A stretch of 64,000 nucleotides of DNA from positions 1,408,001-1,472,000 of the forward strand of contig OY843584.1 of NCBI GenBank assembly GCA_963692915.1. Reading direction: 5' to 3'. Within the stretch, counting starts at the first letter, position 1; each line of letters starts with the position of its first letter. Of the stretch, positions 40,401 to 48,728 are shown piece by piece. The stretch comes from Cenarchaeum sp. GTDB lineage: Archaea > Thermoproteota > Nitrososphaeria > Nitrososphaerales > Nitrosopumilaceae. The translations under genes and the position numbers were made by a program. Under the pieces are notes generated by a model that was given only the letters and a program-made list of their open reading frames with translations, made no database searches and was not told the DNA's origin.

Positions 40401-43400
40401 CCCTGGCACTTATGAAATTACGGTGCATGGGGCACCTTCTCCCTCCAGGGCTCCCACACTTAGCCAAACGCGCTCATTCACGTACAACCCCTCCGGGCCC
40501 ACTTTTGATTACGTTACGGCGTCGCCTGACGGACGGACGCTCACACTGACGTTCAGCGAGGGGCTTGATGGCGACACGGTGACGCGAGATCGCTTTATGC
40601 TGGGATCAGGCATGTCGCTGGCCAGCGCAAGCCCCATTGTGCACGTTGACGGCTCTTCAACGGTGACGTTAAAGCTGGCCGCCGCGCCCGCGTCTGATGG
40701 AACATATTTTATAACTGCCAAGAGCACCATACGTGGTTCTGACGGCGGCTCGCTCGGCTCTGACCAGACGCGCAAGCTCGTGTGGAATCCCAAAGCCCCC
40801 ACGTTTGACCGCGTTGAGGTATCTTCTGATGGCAGAAAAGTCAAAGCAATCTTTAGTGAGGGTATTGATACCACATTTGTCAACACGCGTTACATAGAAC
40901 GATCACCTAGCTTGGCGCTGACCCGCACAAACCCCATAGAGCACACGCAAGGCTCTAACACAGTCACGTTCAATCTTGCCCAGACGTTGACGGGAGGTCC
41001 ACATTTCATAAGGGCCACACAGCAAATTGCCGATCTCACCGGTCTTCATATGACCACAACGCAGGAGCGTCAATTCACATTTGACGCGGCGGCTCCGGTC
41101 TTTGAGTCAGTCAGGGCGTCAGCTGACGGTCAGACGCTTACGTTGACGTTCAGCGAGGGCCTAGACACACGGACGGTGACCACCTGCGACACGGAACGAC
41201 AAGGCACGACATGCCCCCAAACCCGCCTGACTTCTGAAAGAACCTACGTCCCATCGATAACAACGGGCAACTTTGTGCTGCCCGCCGACTTGGCCTTCGC
41301 TAGGAGCCAAATAGGCTTGCAGTCGGTACTCCACGCAGACGGAAGTTCCACGGTCACCATCAGGCTATCGGCCGCGCCCTCGACTGGAGGCACGTACGAG
41401 ATAACGGCAAAGTCTGGCATCAAGGACACGACGAACGTTCCGCTCAGCTCTGACACGACGCGTTCGTTCACGTGGAATCCGGGCGTCCCGGCGCTAGAGT
41501 CAGCGTCAATGTCATCAAACGGCAAAACTCTCAAGCTGACATTCAGCGAGGGTCTTGACACCGATACTGTCACTGCGTCTAACTTTTTGCTGCCCTCAGA
41601 GAACACGCCGTTGCTTATCACAGAACAGGTAGCCAATAGCGAAATAGTCGTGGACACGGTTGCTCCTCGCTTGCTTGACGCGCTCTTCACGTCTACAGAG
41701 TCGGTGAGGCTGGAGTTCAGCGAACCCCTCGATGCCCTGACGGTCAAGCCGACGGCGTTTGGCGTCACGCGCGAGGGAGCCACAATCACCACCACACCGT
41801 CATACACGGCGGGCACGAGGGTAGTCACCCTTGACCTGTCGCCTGCAGTCACACCAGGCATCGCGCACACAATGCACGTAAAGGCCGGCCTCACTGACAG
41901 GGCAGGAAACCCGGTGGCCACCACGACAGAAACCCTGACGTCCCCGTCCACAGCCAACGAGGCGCCCATGTTTGAGGTAATACAAACAAGCCATTACATA
42001 GTCATCACGTTCAGTGAGGATGTTCGTGTTATAGAAGACCAAGAATTGGACTGGCGTGATTGGGCTGAGATCTTTGAAGGCGAACCTATCTCAAGACCAA
42101 GAGGCCACTTTGTTGATCTTGCCAACCGAAGAATTGTGCTGGATGATCGATTTTTTCCAAACACAAGTTTTGCGTTTTCTCCATACGTCGGAGACTCTCC
42201 CAAGATTGAGGATCTCTCAGGTTATGACATGCCTGTAGGAACCAAGATCAACAACCCGTCATTAGAGATATTTCCATCGATTTTTGCAGAGGCCTATGAC
42301 GAGGGCATAGTTAGAATAGAGTTTGATGAGAGTATCACCCGCACGATAGGGTATTCCCCCCGGGATATCAGTGCCGTAAGCGGCCGCACGGAAACGTCAG
42401 AGTGGGAGATTAACGGCGTGCAGGCCACCGCTATCATGGATAGCATAGATGGTGATATGAAACAAACTCTGAACGTGATGGAGATGACCCGCTTTTTTCT
42501 AAAGCATGGAGTAACGGGACTCGGGGGAACCCTACAGGTGGAATATCTTGGGCCCGGGGAAGGCAGCACCAACTCACTAACGAATTCTGACATGAACGCG
42601 CTTGCGCCTGTAAAGGTCACTAGTATAGACCGCATACCCAACGCCTTTACCGCAGGAGAGTTTTTGGACAGCAAGCGGATCAGGCTCACTGCCGCAAAGG
42701 CGATCGACGCACGCCTCGCAGACCACCTGCAAGTACCAAACATGCCATCTACCTTGATTCCCACCGACAGCCCACTCACGGCGATCCTGCGCCTAGAAGA
42801 TGACGCGCGGGACGGGTGCATATTTACCGTCAACCTCGCCTTTCCCCTAAATGACGAAGACGAAGACTATTATCCAGACTTTAGGATAAACGGCGGAACC
42901 AACAAGGTCACCTACACGGACACGCACGCGCCAATGATGGTCTCGGCCACGTCCACGAGCGGCACGACGACTGAGGTGCGCTTTAACGAGCCAGTCTCGT
43001 TCGGCGCGTCGCCGACGCTCGCACAGCACAGGGGCCACTGGGAGATCACTGACGCCGGCACGGACAAGGAGATCTCGGCGGTGGCCGTGAGGGCAGGCAG
43101 CCCGTCAGTCGTGGAGATCACGCACGCGCCGCTGGCGCGCACGGACTCCACGCCGACAGTCGCATACAGCGGCGGGGCAGACGACGACGCGCGCATCCGC
43201 GACACGCGCGCATCGCCCTGCACCACCACCGACAGCACGCCAAAGAACAAGCTGGGCACTGACGGCGAGGTCGTCGCGTCTGACGGCGCGGCGCCGGGGG
43301 CCGCGGTGTCGGCCGCAGTCTCCCGAAACGGGGAGCCAAAGTCCGGCACCAACGCACAGTGGGCAAGGGCAGGCGACACGATCACCGTGTCGCTGGACAT

Positions 43401-44280
43401 GGACGAGGCGGGCAGGCCGACGTCCCCGCCGCGCCTGGCGTCAGGCGGAACCAACACGGGAATGACATCCGGCATGGCATCAGACATGTGGTCAGGCGAG
43501 CGCACCGTGGCGTCTGACGAAACCCAGGGGCCGCTCGCCTTCACCATAACTGCGCTAGACGCGGCGGCCAATCTCGGGGTCTTTACGCACGCCGGCGCGA
43601 GCACAAACGCCATGGTGGACACCGTGGCGCCCGGCGTGAGCGGCGCAACGACTACTGGCCCGGCGACGACGCGCGTGACGCTCTCCGAGGGCGCCTGGGG
43701 AGTCGTGAGGGCGGCTGACTGGGTCGTCGGGGAGGCCGCGGGCACCGGCGTCGCCGTTGGGGAGGGAAGCGTGTTCACGCCGACGATCACCATGTCAGGC
43801 GGCACGGCGTTCACGCTACAGCACGCGATCCTGGCTGACACGGCCGCCGTGCCCACCGTGGCGTACAGGCCGCCGGGATCACCCGTTGCCGGGCCTGTGG
43901 GCGGCCCTGACGCGGCTCCGGGGCCGGGTCCTGCGCCAGACACGACTCCGCCGCCGCCAGCCCCGCCTGCGGAGCCTGACCCGCCAGCAGCCGGCATAGA
44001 GTTTGACATCGGGGGCCTTGACGGCGCGACGGTAAGGGCAGGCGAGGTGCGCTCGTTTGACGTCAGTGTCACGCGCGTGGATGGAGGAGGATTTGCGATA
44101 ATACTCCTCTCCGGCCAGCCGGACTTTGTGACCGTGCAGAACACGGACATCAACGAGGCCAAGATAACAGTAGACGCGTCACACGAGTCCGCAACGGCCG
44201 GCGCCCACACGTTCACCGTGATGGCCGCCACGGGATCCAGTCCGGCCTCCAAGAGCGCCACGATAACTGTGACCTCCTAG
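37483..44280 (+). CDS. Giant exported protein: HEXXH zinc-metallopeptidase domain + many Ig-like (Big_5/SwmB-like) repeats
   Basis: 2265 aa; signal peptide; LHEYGHH, AWSEGWASF, EGSVTAILWD; repeated S.DG.TLTLTFSEGLD units; Pro-rich linker. Confidence 0.85.
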   Translation: MTPTMKNVLLVIAAASLALVPLLSPLIHATPPAVPCDYECMWPIGLYDIPDSAKVGTPITVSYTYAWEGILNGIAVNTDTWDLPPGYHPWPEEWGEPTRPLQYIGSTATMVLPDGIDVVDWETRGFERSKLWTDQYGRTTYMYTRINAYAPGTTNSSIELVVRTDAKIYPNDDVIIDLGVRREKWADPTVFVNHSGGALTFSADEAAIAAGASESFQQRDIHRLPDSSFDPLEDEELSGEAKRAIVEFLLDQADAGAVVGESGVPDFARAQVAEHAKGSGVGGQADGEQFTYAYGYFRAQDRGQGAGVEAAKLSAATDVKVCIYDQAADRSISLLLHNGEPACSRVDSDGFYGIAVPRSDPDDDDTGIDIVPVFSLDHGKVRALTPRGTTMSVSGLVTENVNGAVVSLGEHSVRTPLGDTRQFAVMRWMYDDVLEAYGYFKDTFGYDAPPVTLQRGSSAFYVLSNSQITLQTGLPRPHAVATQTIVLHEYGHHIMNHVYDNGIPSTPLCSPHTPRLASSPSCAWSEGWASFVAALVEDSPRYNISFGADDNHFNWETQERHSRTNIEPPTGSLFIGNYYRGQDGEGSVTAILWDIYDDGNERGDNIAGGAQDIWTAFADDRDAGEAFEAVNIHDFYDDWIENGGQNLDSVFTINGVDPTGTYSPPSLTLSVERSGSMRTGDNSRYAKVGDTVIATLDLGGSVTMGTTPTASVLGGARENMVPGTGAARSTWTTRGTVGDDAHNGSSPVTILATAPGIALASTNAVSHDDESDTVSLALARVPTSGTYEITARGTIADSEGTSIGSDTLRRFEWNAANPRIERTAISPDGQEITFSFSEGLDAETVFPRSFRAFDRFDAVDIVHPDGSDTVKIQLSEPLIDGLYIIDPLTSIADTQGHRIDGGSAERILWDPQAPTFEHVTISPDGRTVTITMSKQITLTINNIIRDSDLPSHRKSPPFSTGTTHTISLASPPAPGTYEITVHGAPSPSRAPTLSQTRSFTYNPSGPTFDYVTASPDGRTLTLTFSEGLDGDTVTRDRFMLGSGMSLASASPIVHVDGSSTVTLKLAAAPASDGTYFITAKSTIRGSDGGSLGSDQTRKLVWNPKAPTFDRVEVSSDGRKVKAIFSEGIDTTFVNTRYIERSPSLALTRTNPIEHTQGSNTVTFNLAQTLTGGPHFIRATQQIADLTGLHMTTTQERQFTFDAAAPVFESVRASADGQTLTLTFSEGLDTRTVTTCDTERQGTTCPQTRLTSERTYVPSITTGNFVLPADLAFARSQIGLQSVLHADGSSTVTIRLSAAPSTGGTYEITAKSGIKDTTNVPLSSDTTRSFTWNPGVPALESASMSSNGKTLKLTFSEGLDTDTVTASNFLLPSENTPLLITEQVANSEIVVDTVAPRLLDALFTSTESVRLEFSEPLDALTVKPTAFGVTREGATITTTPSYTAGTRVVTLDLSPAVTPGIAHTMHVKAGLTDRAGNPVATTTETLTSPSTANEAPMFEVIQTSHYIVITFSEDVRVIEDQELDWRDWAEIFEGEPISRPRGHFVDLANRRIVLDDRFFPNTSFAFSPYVGDSPKIEDLSGYDMPVGTKINNPSLEIFPSIFAEAYDEGIVRIEFDESITRTIGYSPRDISAVSGRTETSEWEINGVQATAIMDSIDGDMKQTLNVMEMTRFFLKHGVTGLGGTLQVEYLGPGEGSTNSLTNSDMNALAPVKVTSIDRIPNAFTAGEFLDSKRIRLTAAKAIDARLADHLQVPNMPSTLIPTDSPLTAILRLEDDARDGCIFTVNLAFPLNDEDEDYYPDFRINGGTNKVTYTDTHAPMMVSATSTSGTTTEVRFNEPVSFGASPTLAQHRGHWEITDAGTDKEISAVAVRAGSPSVVEITHAPLARTDSTPTVAYSGGADDDARIRDTRASPCTTTDSTPKNKLGTDGEVVASDGAAPGAAVSAAVSRNGEPKSGTNAQWARAGDTITVSLDMDEAGRPTSPPRLASGGTNTGMTSGMASDMWSGERTVASDETQGPLAFTITALDAAANLGVFTHAGASTNAMVDTVAPGVSGATTTGPATTRVTLSEGAWGVVRAADWVVGEAAGTGVAVGEGSVFTPTITMSGGTAFTLQHAILADTAAVPTVAYRPPGSPVAGPVGGPDAAPGPGPAPDTTPPPPAPPAEPDPPAAGIEFDIGGLDGATVRAGEVRSFDVSVTRVDGGGFAIILLSGQPDFVTVQNTDINEAKITVDASHESATAGAHTFTVMAATGSSPASKSATITVTS

Positions 44281-44299
44281 CACACGCACCACCGCGGAG

Positions 44300-44355
44300 A
44301 GCGGGTCGGCAGGATGCCCCCATTTGACCAAGTGGGCAGGAGCGCCAACTCGTGC
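44300..44355. mobile_element. Degenerate right-half relic of the 110-bp MITE
   Basis: ggtcggcaggatgcccccatttgaccaagtgggcaggag vs MITE copy 2 gatcgacaggatacgcctatttggccaaatgagcaggag: 31/39 identical by eye, mostly transitions. Confidence 0.6.
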
Positions 44356-44390
44356 CCAAAACTCGGATTACAGTTATTAAACACTAGGTC

Positions 44391-45212
44391 GTGCAAGGTG
44401 TGTTGTCGCCGGGCATGATCACGCTGATAGTCCTTGCCGCCGCACTGGCGTCTGTGGGCGTCATGGCAACCCCCACGGTGTCCGCAGCCGACCTGCTCTC
44501 GCCGACCATCATGACATCATGGTGCTTTATCGAGGCGACTGGCGCTAGCACCCCAACGTCATCATGCACACCCTCGACTGCCACTGACGCAGGCGCGAGC
44601 ATAACCCCGACTGAGACGATCCCGGCAACCCTTGAGCTGGGCCTGCACAAGGTCTTGGTAAACGCGACGGACAGCAGCGGCAACTGGGCCGCCACGACGC
44701 GCGCAATACTCGTTGCGGACACAACGCCGCCGACGTGCACCTCGGTGAGATACCCTGTATATGTCGAGGCGCGCGCTCCGCTGACTGCGATACTTCCGCA
44801 AGATGCAAAAATCGCCCCAGCTGACACGGCTAGCACCCTCGACGAGCTGCATCTGAGCACCAACGCCAGGCCGCTGCAAGTTGACCAGGGGCGCACCGTG
44901 CTCTGGACCGTGGAGGACAGGGCAGGCAACACGGCCAAATGCACGCAGCGCATAATCGTGCTTGACACGACACCGCCGTCATTCCCCGACACAATCCCGC
45001 CCATCATACACCCCTCGGCGGTGCCCGTGAGCGTGTCATCAGTCCCCCTCGTGCCGCCTGCGGCGACTGACATTGCGGATCCGATCCTGGCCATATACCA
45101 CGAGGAGACCGGAATGTTTGAGCTCGGCGTGAACACGGTCACGTGGTTGGCCATCGACGCGTCGGTAAACGTCGCCACGGCAACGCAAAAGGTCATAGTG
45201 CAGGCCCCCTAG
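44391..45212 (+). CDS. HYR-like domain exported protein, short paralog of the N-terminus of 32333..34855
   Basis: Shared WCFIEA.GA.TPT, CTPSTATDAG, GLHK..VNATDS.GNW segments. Confidence 0.75.
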   Translation: MQGVLSPGMITLIVLAAALASVGVMATPTVSAADLLSPTIMTSWCFIEATGASTPTSSCTPSTATDAGASITPTETIPATLELGLHKVLVNATDSSGNWAATTRAILVADTTPPTCTSVRYPVYVEARAPLTAILPQDAKIAPADTASTLDELHLSTNARPLQVDQGRTVLWTVEDRAGNTAKCTQRIIVLDTTPPSFPDTIPPIIHPSAVPVSVSSVPLVPPAATDIADPILAIYHEETGMFELGVNTVTWLAIDASVNVATATQKVIVQAP

Positions 45213-45372
45213 CTCGGGTATCCGGCCATGTCGTAGGCAGGCGATGCGGCGATCCCGTGACTGGCCGCCACCACTCCTGCAGGGCGCCCGTGCAGACATG
45301 ACCGGCCACCGTGCCCTGGGCTTCCCCACGGGGCCGCAATGCTAAAAACCACCACGATCGTGCGTGCCGCGC

Positions 45373-45879
45373 ATGAGCAGGCCGGGAAACGCATGGAGGA
45401 AGGTTCGCGGGCGAGTCACGGGGCGGCCGGCGAACTTTTCGTGGGTCGTGCCTGACGCGTTTGCCGGCTCGGCGGCCCCAATGTCGCGCACAGAGCTAGA
45501 CTGGATTCTCGCGCAGGGCGTAGAGTCCATAATCACAATGACCGAAGACGCCCTTCCCCCCGAGTGGACCAAGGATCTCGGCGCGTACCTTCACGTGCCC
45601 ACGCCAGACCTTCAGGCGCCAGAGATGGAGGGCATAGAGCGCGCAGTCGACTTTGCGCACAATGCAATATCCTCCAAGGGCCGCGTCATGGTCCACTGTG
45701 CGGCCGGCATGGGCAGGGCCGGCACGATACTCGCATGCTATCTAGTAAGGCATCACGGACTCGGCGCAGACGAGGCGATCGCCAGGATTCGCGCCGAGAG
45801 GCCGGGCTCGATACAGTCAAGCCCGCAAGAGAACGTCATACGCATGTACGAGAGGCGCGTGCGCGCTACTCGGGCCTAG
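45373..45879 (+). CDS. Dual-specificity protein phosphatase
   Basis: NFSWV, VHCAAGMGRAGT (HCX5R), RPGSIQ. Confidence 0.92.
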   Translation: MSRPGNAWRKVRGRVTGRPANFSWVVPDAFAGSAAPMSRTELDWILAQGVESIITMTEDALPPEWTKDLGAYLHVPTPDLQAPEMEGIERAVDFAHNAISSKGRVMVHCAAGMGRAGTILACYLVRHHGLGADEAIARIRAERPGSIQSSPQENVIRMYERRVRATRA

Positions 45880-46021
45880 ACTCCGAGACGAGCCGGCCGT
45901 CCAGACCAACACGCACGGACATGCTGGATCCGTCGCCAAACGTTAGCGTGATGCCGCCACTAGAGTCAGGATCCTCGACCTTTACGAGATCCTTCATGCG
46001 TATGCCGTCAAACTTTGCCAT
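45866..46021 (-). CDS. 51-aa microprotein, paralog of 46029..46181 (absent from ORF track)
   Basis: MAKFDGIRMKDLVKVEDPDSSGGITLTFGDGSSMSVRVGLDGRLVSESRPE*. Confidence 0.75.
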   Translation of the reverse strand: MAKFDGIRMKDLVKVEDPDSSGGITLTFGDGSSMSVRVGLDGRLVSESRPE

Positions 46022-46028
46022 ACGCCAA

Positions 46029-46181
46029 TCACTCTGGTATCGAGACGGTGTCGAGCTTGTCGCCGTCGGCCTTGATAAAGAGAAACCTATTGTCCTTGAA
46101 TATTATGGTGATTCCGCCCTCCTTGTCAGGCTCCTCGACCTCAAGAACCGGCTGGCCGAGCAGGCCGTCATACTTTGCCAT
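46029..46181 (-). CDS. 50-aa microprotein (absent from ORF track)
   Basis: MAKYDGLLGQPVLEVEEPDKEGGITIIFKDNRFLFIKADGDKLDTVSIPE*; TATA-like tataagg upstream on the minus strand. Confidence 0.78.
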   Translation of the reverse strand: MAKYDGLLGQPVLEVEEPDKEGGITIIFKDNRFLFIKADGDKLDTVSIPE

Positions 46182-46217
46182 CGTCGCGCGAGAGTCTCCG
46201 GCACTCCCCTTATATCC

Positions 46218-46736
46218 CTATATGGTGAGCGTCCCGCTCACGCTGGCCTTGTGGCTCTCGGCCTCCGTATACTCGTGCTTTTGCCAGGAGACCCAGATGT
46301 CAGCAGTCACCTTGTGCGTGCCGGCCCCGAGCGTGGCCGGATCAAAGGCTATGCGCTCCTCAAAGTCGAGGAGCTCTGACCTGACGCCCTCGACGCTGAG
46401 CGCGATGAACGGCTCAAAGTTCTTTGCGACCTGGACCCATATGCGGCGGTCCTTCATGGGGTTTACGAGCTTTGGGTTGCGCGTCCAGAATATGGCCGCC
46501 TTGCGGTACGACTCGACCTCGCGGCCGATCGTGCGCTTTCGCGCCCCGCCCGTGTGGAGCCTCACGCCATAGCGTATCTTGAAGACGTTGTCATGGGCCT
46601 CGTACGCGCGCTCCCAGCCCTCCTCGCCAAAGGCCTCGCGCAGCGTGCCGGCGACTGCAAAGGAGACAGTCGCGGCGGCCTCGCCGTCTGCTGCCCCCTC
46701 GATCTTCGCGCCGTCTATGCGGCTAGGTCCTCCCAT
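46218..46736 (-). CDS. Hypothetical protein
   Basis: 172-aa ORF with host-like codon usage, divergent from rpoL. Confidence 0.7.
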   Translation of the reverse strand: MGGPSRIDGAKIEGAADGEAAATVSFAVAGTLREAFGEEGWERAYEAHDNVFKIRYGVRLHTGGARKRTIGREVESYRKAAIFWTRNPKLVNPMKDRRIWVQVAKNFEPFIALSVEGVRSELLDFEERIAFDPATLGAGTHKVTADIWVSWQKHEYTEAESHKASVSGTLTI

Positions 46737-46781
46737 GCGTCTCCATGGTATTTATAGCCGCAATATGTGCCTTTTGCGGTA

Positions 46782-47057
46782 ATGGGGGTTCAGGTGCTCA
46801 GCTCGACTTCGCGCGAGATCAACGTCTCGCTCACGAGCTCCGACATTGGCACGCTATACGTCATACAGCGCGAGCTCCTAAAGAGCCCGTCAGTCGACTT
46901 TGCCGGCGTCATCGTAAAGCACCCGCTCACCAACGAGTGCTGGATGCGCGTGAGCTCTTCAAAGGGCAGTCCCGTCTCCGAGATGGAGCGCGCCACTACA
47001 GCAGCCCTAAAGACTGCCGCCGAGATCAGGGCGGCCCTTGCGCCAAGGGCGGGATAG
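46782..47057 (+). CDS. rpoL: RNA polymerase subunit L (Rpo11)
   Basis: VDFAGVIVKHPL motif, size, synteny with tfs and PCNA. Confidence 0.8.
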   Translation: MGVQVLSSTSREINVSLTSSDIGTLYVIQRELLKSPSVDFAGVIVKHPLTNECWMRVSSSKGSPVSEMERATTAALKTAAEIRAALAPRAG

Positions 47058-47062
47058 GCGCA

Positions 47063-47377
47063 ATGAAGTTCTGCCCAAAGTGCGATGTTCGGCTCAAAAA
47101 GGGTGCAGACGGCCTAGAGTGCCCAAAGTGCGGCCACGTGGATCATGATGCGCCCCCTGCGCCCGAGCCTGCCCAGTCGCTCTCTTCGCAGTCAACATTC
47201 AAGGTTCTCGACGAGCCTGACGCGCCGGGCACCGAGTCAACGATCGAAAAAGAGTGCGACAAGTGCGGCAACGGCGAGGCAGTCTGGTGGATGCTCCAGA
47301 CGCGCAGCGCAGACGAGCCGACGACGCAGTTTTACCGCTGCACAAAGTGCGGCTATACGTGGCGCGACTATTCATAG
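47063..47377 (+). CDS. tfs: Transcription factor S (TFS/RpoM)
   Basis: MKFCPKC, QTRSADEPTTQFYRCTKCGYTWR. Confidence 0.95.
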   Translation: MKFCPKCDVRLKKGADGLECPKCGHVDHDAPPAPEPAQSLSSQSTFKVLDEPDAPGTESTIEKECDKCGNGEAVWWMLQTRSADEPTTQFYRCTKCGYTWRDYS

Positions 47378-47380
47378 TGG

Positions 47381-47780
47381 CTAGGGCGCTATAGTGACGG
47401 TGACTGACCTTGTTGCGGGATCGGATCCCGCGGCTGCCATCACAACGAACGTGTGATCACCTGTTGTTGCCGACGCGTGCGTCGCGTCGACAGTTATTGT
47501 TGCCCTGTTAATACCCGTGTTCTGCACGGTCACAAAGTCCGGCTGGCCGGAGAGGAGTAATCGCAAACAGCCTCCGCAACGGCCATGTCAGAAAGGGCTG
47601 CGTGCCTGAGCATAAGACCCAACTTGCCTGACATCACCATCGAGGGGGCAGACCCGGAATCCCCCGTCATGGCAACGCCCGTGGCCTCTACCTCACCAAC
47701 GACCAGTCAGTCACCCCCATGACTCCCGGGGCGTACTCGGAGAGCACCACACGCGTTGTCGCCGAACTGCCAGCTTGCGC
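47381..47780 (-). pseudogene. Degraded relic of the 3' end of a giant surface-protein gene
   Basis: LLSGQPDFVTVQNT.IN.A.ITVDA.H.SAT.G.HTF.VMAA.GS.PA matches the last domain of 37483..44280; upstream DNA resembles 43640-43800 with frameshifts and a deletion. Confidence 0.8.
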
Positions 47781-47948
47781 CTTGATCGTCGGCGGCATCA
47801 TGCCTATTCTGGCGATCGACGACTCATCGCCGTCATACCTGTCAGCTTGGACGTTTGCAACAATTGGGTCGCATAGCCGCGTTCCCGGAAATGCCCCAAA
47901 AGGCGCGGTAACCTTTAAAACGCCACGTCAGGCGCGTGCGGCCTGAAA

Positions 47949-48692
47949 TTGGCGCTAAAGGCTACTACTGTGGGCGCAGAGGACATAAAGGCGATAATCT
48001 CGGCCGTCTCGACGCTCGTCGAGGAGGCCACGTTCGTGGCAAACTCTGAAGGCATCACGTTTCGCGGGATGGATCCCTCGCACGTCGCGCTAATCGACAT
48101 CACGTGGCCAAACTCGGCGTTTGAAAAGTACAGCTGTGACAGCGAGGTGAGGTTTGGCGTAAAGATCGACGAGCTTTCAAAGCTCGTAAAGCGAGCCGCA
48201 AAAAAGGACACGATCGAGATAACGACGGTCGACTCGATGCTCGGCGTAAAGATCGGGACGGCCAAAAAGTACAAGATACGCCTCATCGAGACCTCTGAGA
48301 ACGAGACGCCGCTGCCCAACATATCGTATGACGCAAAGCTGGCCATGGAGGTCTCCACCTTTGAAAAGACGCTCGGCGACATTGACGTGCTAGCAGACTA
48401 TGTCACCATAACGACGGACGGCAAAAAGTCCGAGTTTGCCGGCAAGGGCGAGGCCGGCGAGGTGACCGTAGAGGTCGCCGACGGTGACGAGGGCGTTCAC
48501 GAGCTGGGAACAAAGGAAAAGTCATCGGCCACGTACAGCCTCGAGTACCTCCTTCCCATAGTAAAGGCAGTCGGCTCGGCCGCACAGGACGTAAAGTGCG
48601 AATACTCGACGGCAAAGCCGCTGCGCATGGAGTTTCGAGTCTCCAATATAGGCCGCATCCACTTTTACCTTGCCCCGCGCGTTGACAGTTAA
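47949..48692 (+). CDS. pcn: PCNA sliding clamp
   Basis: MDPSHVALID, YSLEYL, FYLAPRV. Confidence 0.96.
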   Translation: MALKATTVGAEDIKAIISAVSTLVEEATFVANSEGITFRGMDPSHVALIDITWPNSAFEKYSCDSEVRFGVKIDELSKLVKRAAKKDTIEITTVDSMLGVKIGTAKKYKIRLIETSENETPLPNISYDAKLAMEVSTFEKTLGDIDVLADYVTITTDGKKSEFAGKGEAGEVTVEVADGDEGVHELGTKEKSSATYSLEYLLPIVKAVGSAAQDVKCEYSTAKPLRMEFRVSNIGRIHFYLAPRVDS

Positions 48693-48728
48693 CGCATTTA
48701 AGGACGCGCGATCCCGAGGCGACCCAAC

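Noticed and set aside
42912-44261. 449-aa antisense ORF and similar long antisense ORFs (33921, 36133, 44384)
   Set aside because: Mirror frames of GC-rich Thr/Ala/Val-rich genes with no recognisable motifs
32333-45212. Diversity-generating retroelement acting on the surface proteins
   Set aside because: No reverse transcriptase in the window, and paralog differences are not confined to adenines
45222-45305. 11-bp imperfect inverted repeat ccggccatgtc / gacatgaccgg at the island's right edge
   Set aside because: Short, GC-rich, single copy, no target duplication; could be chance
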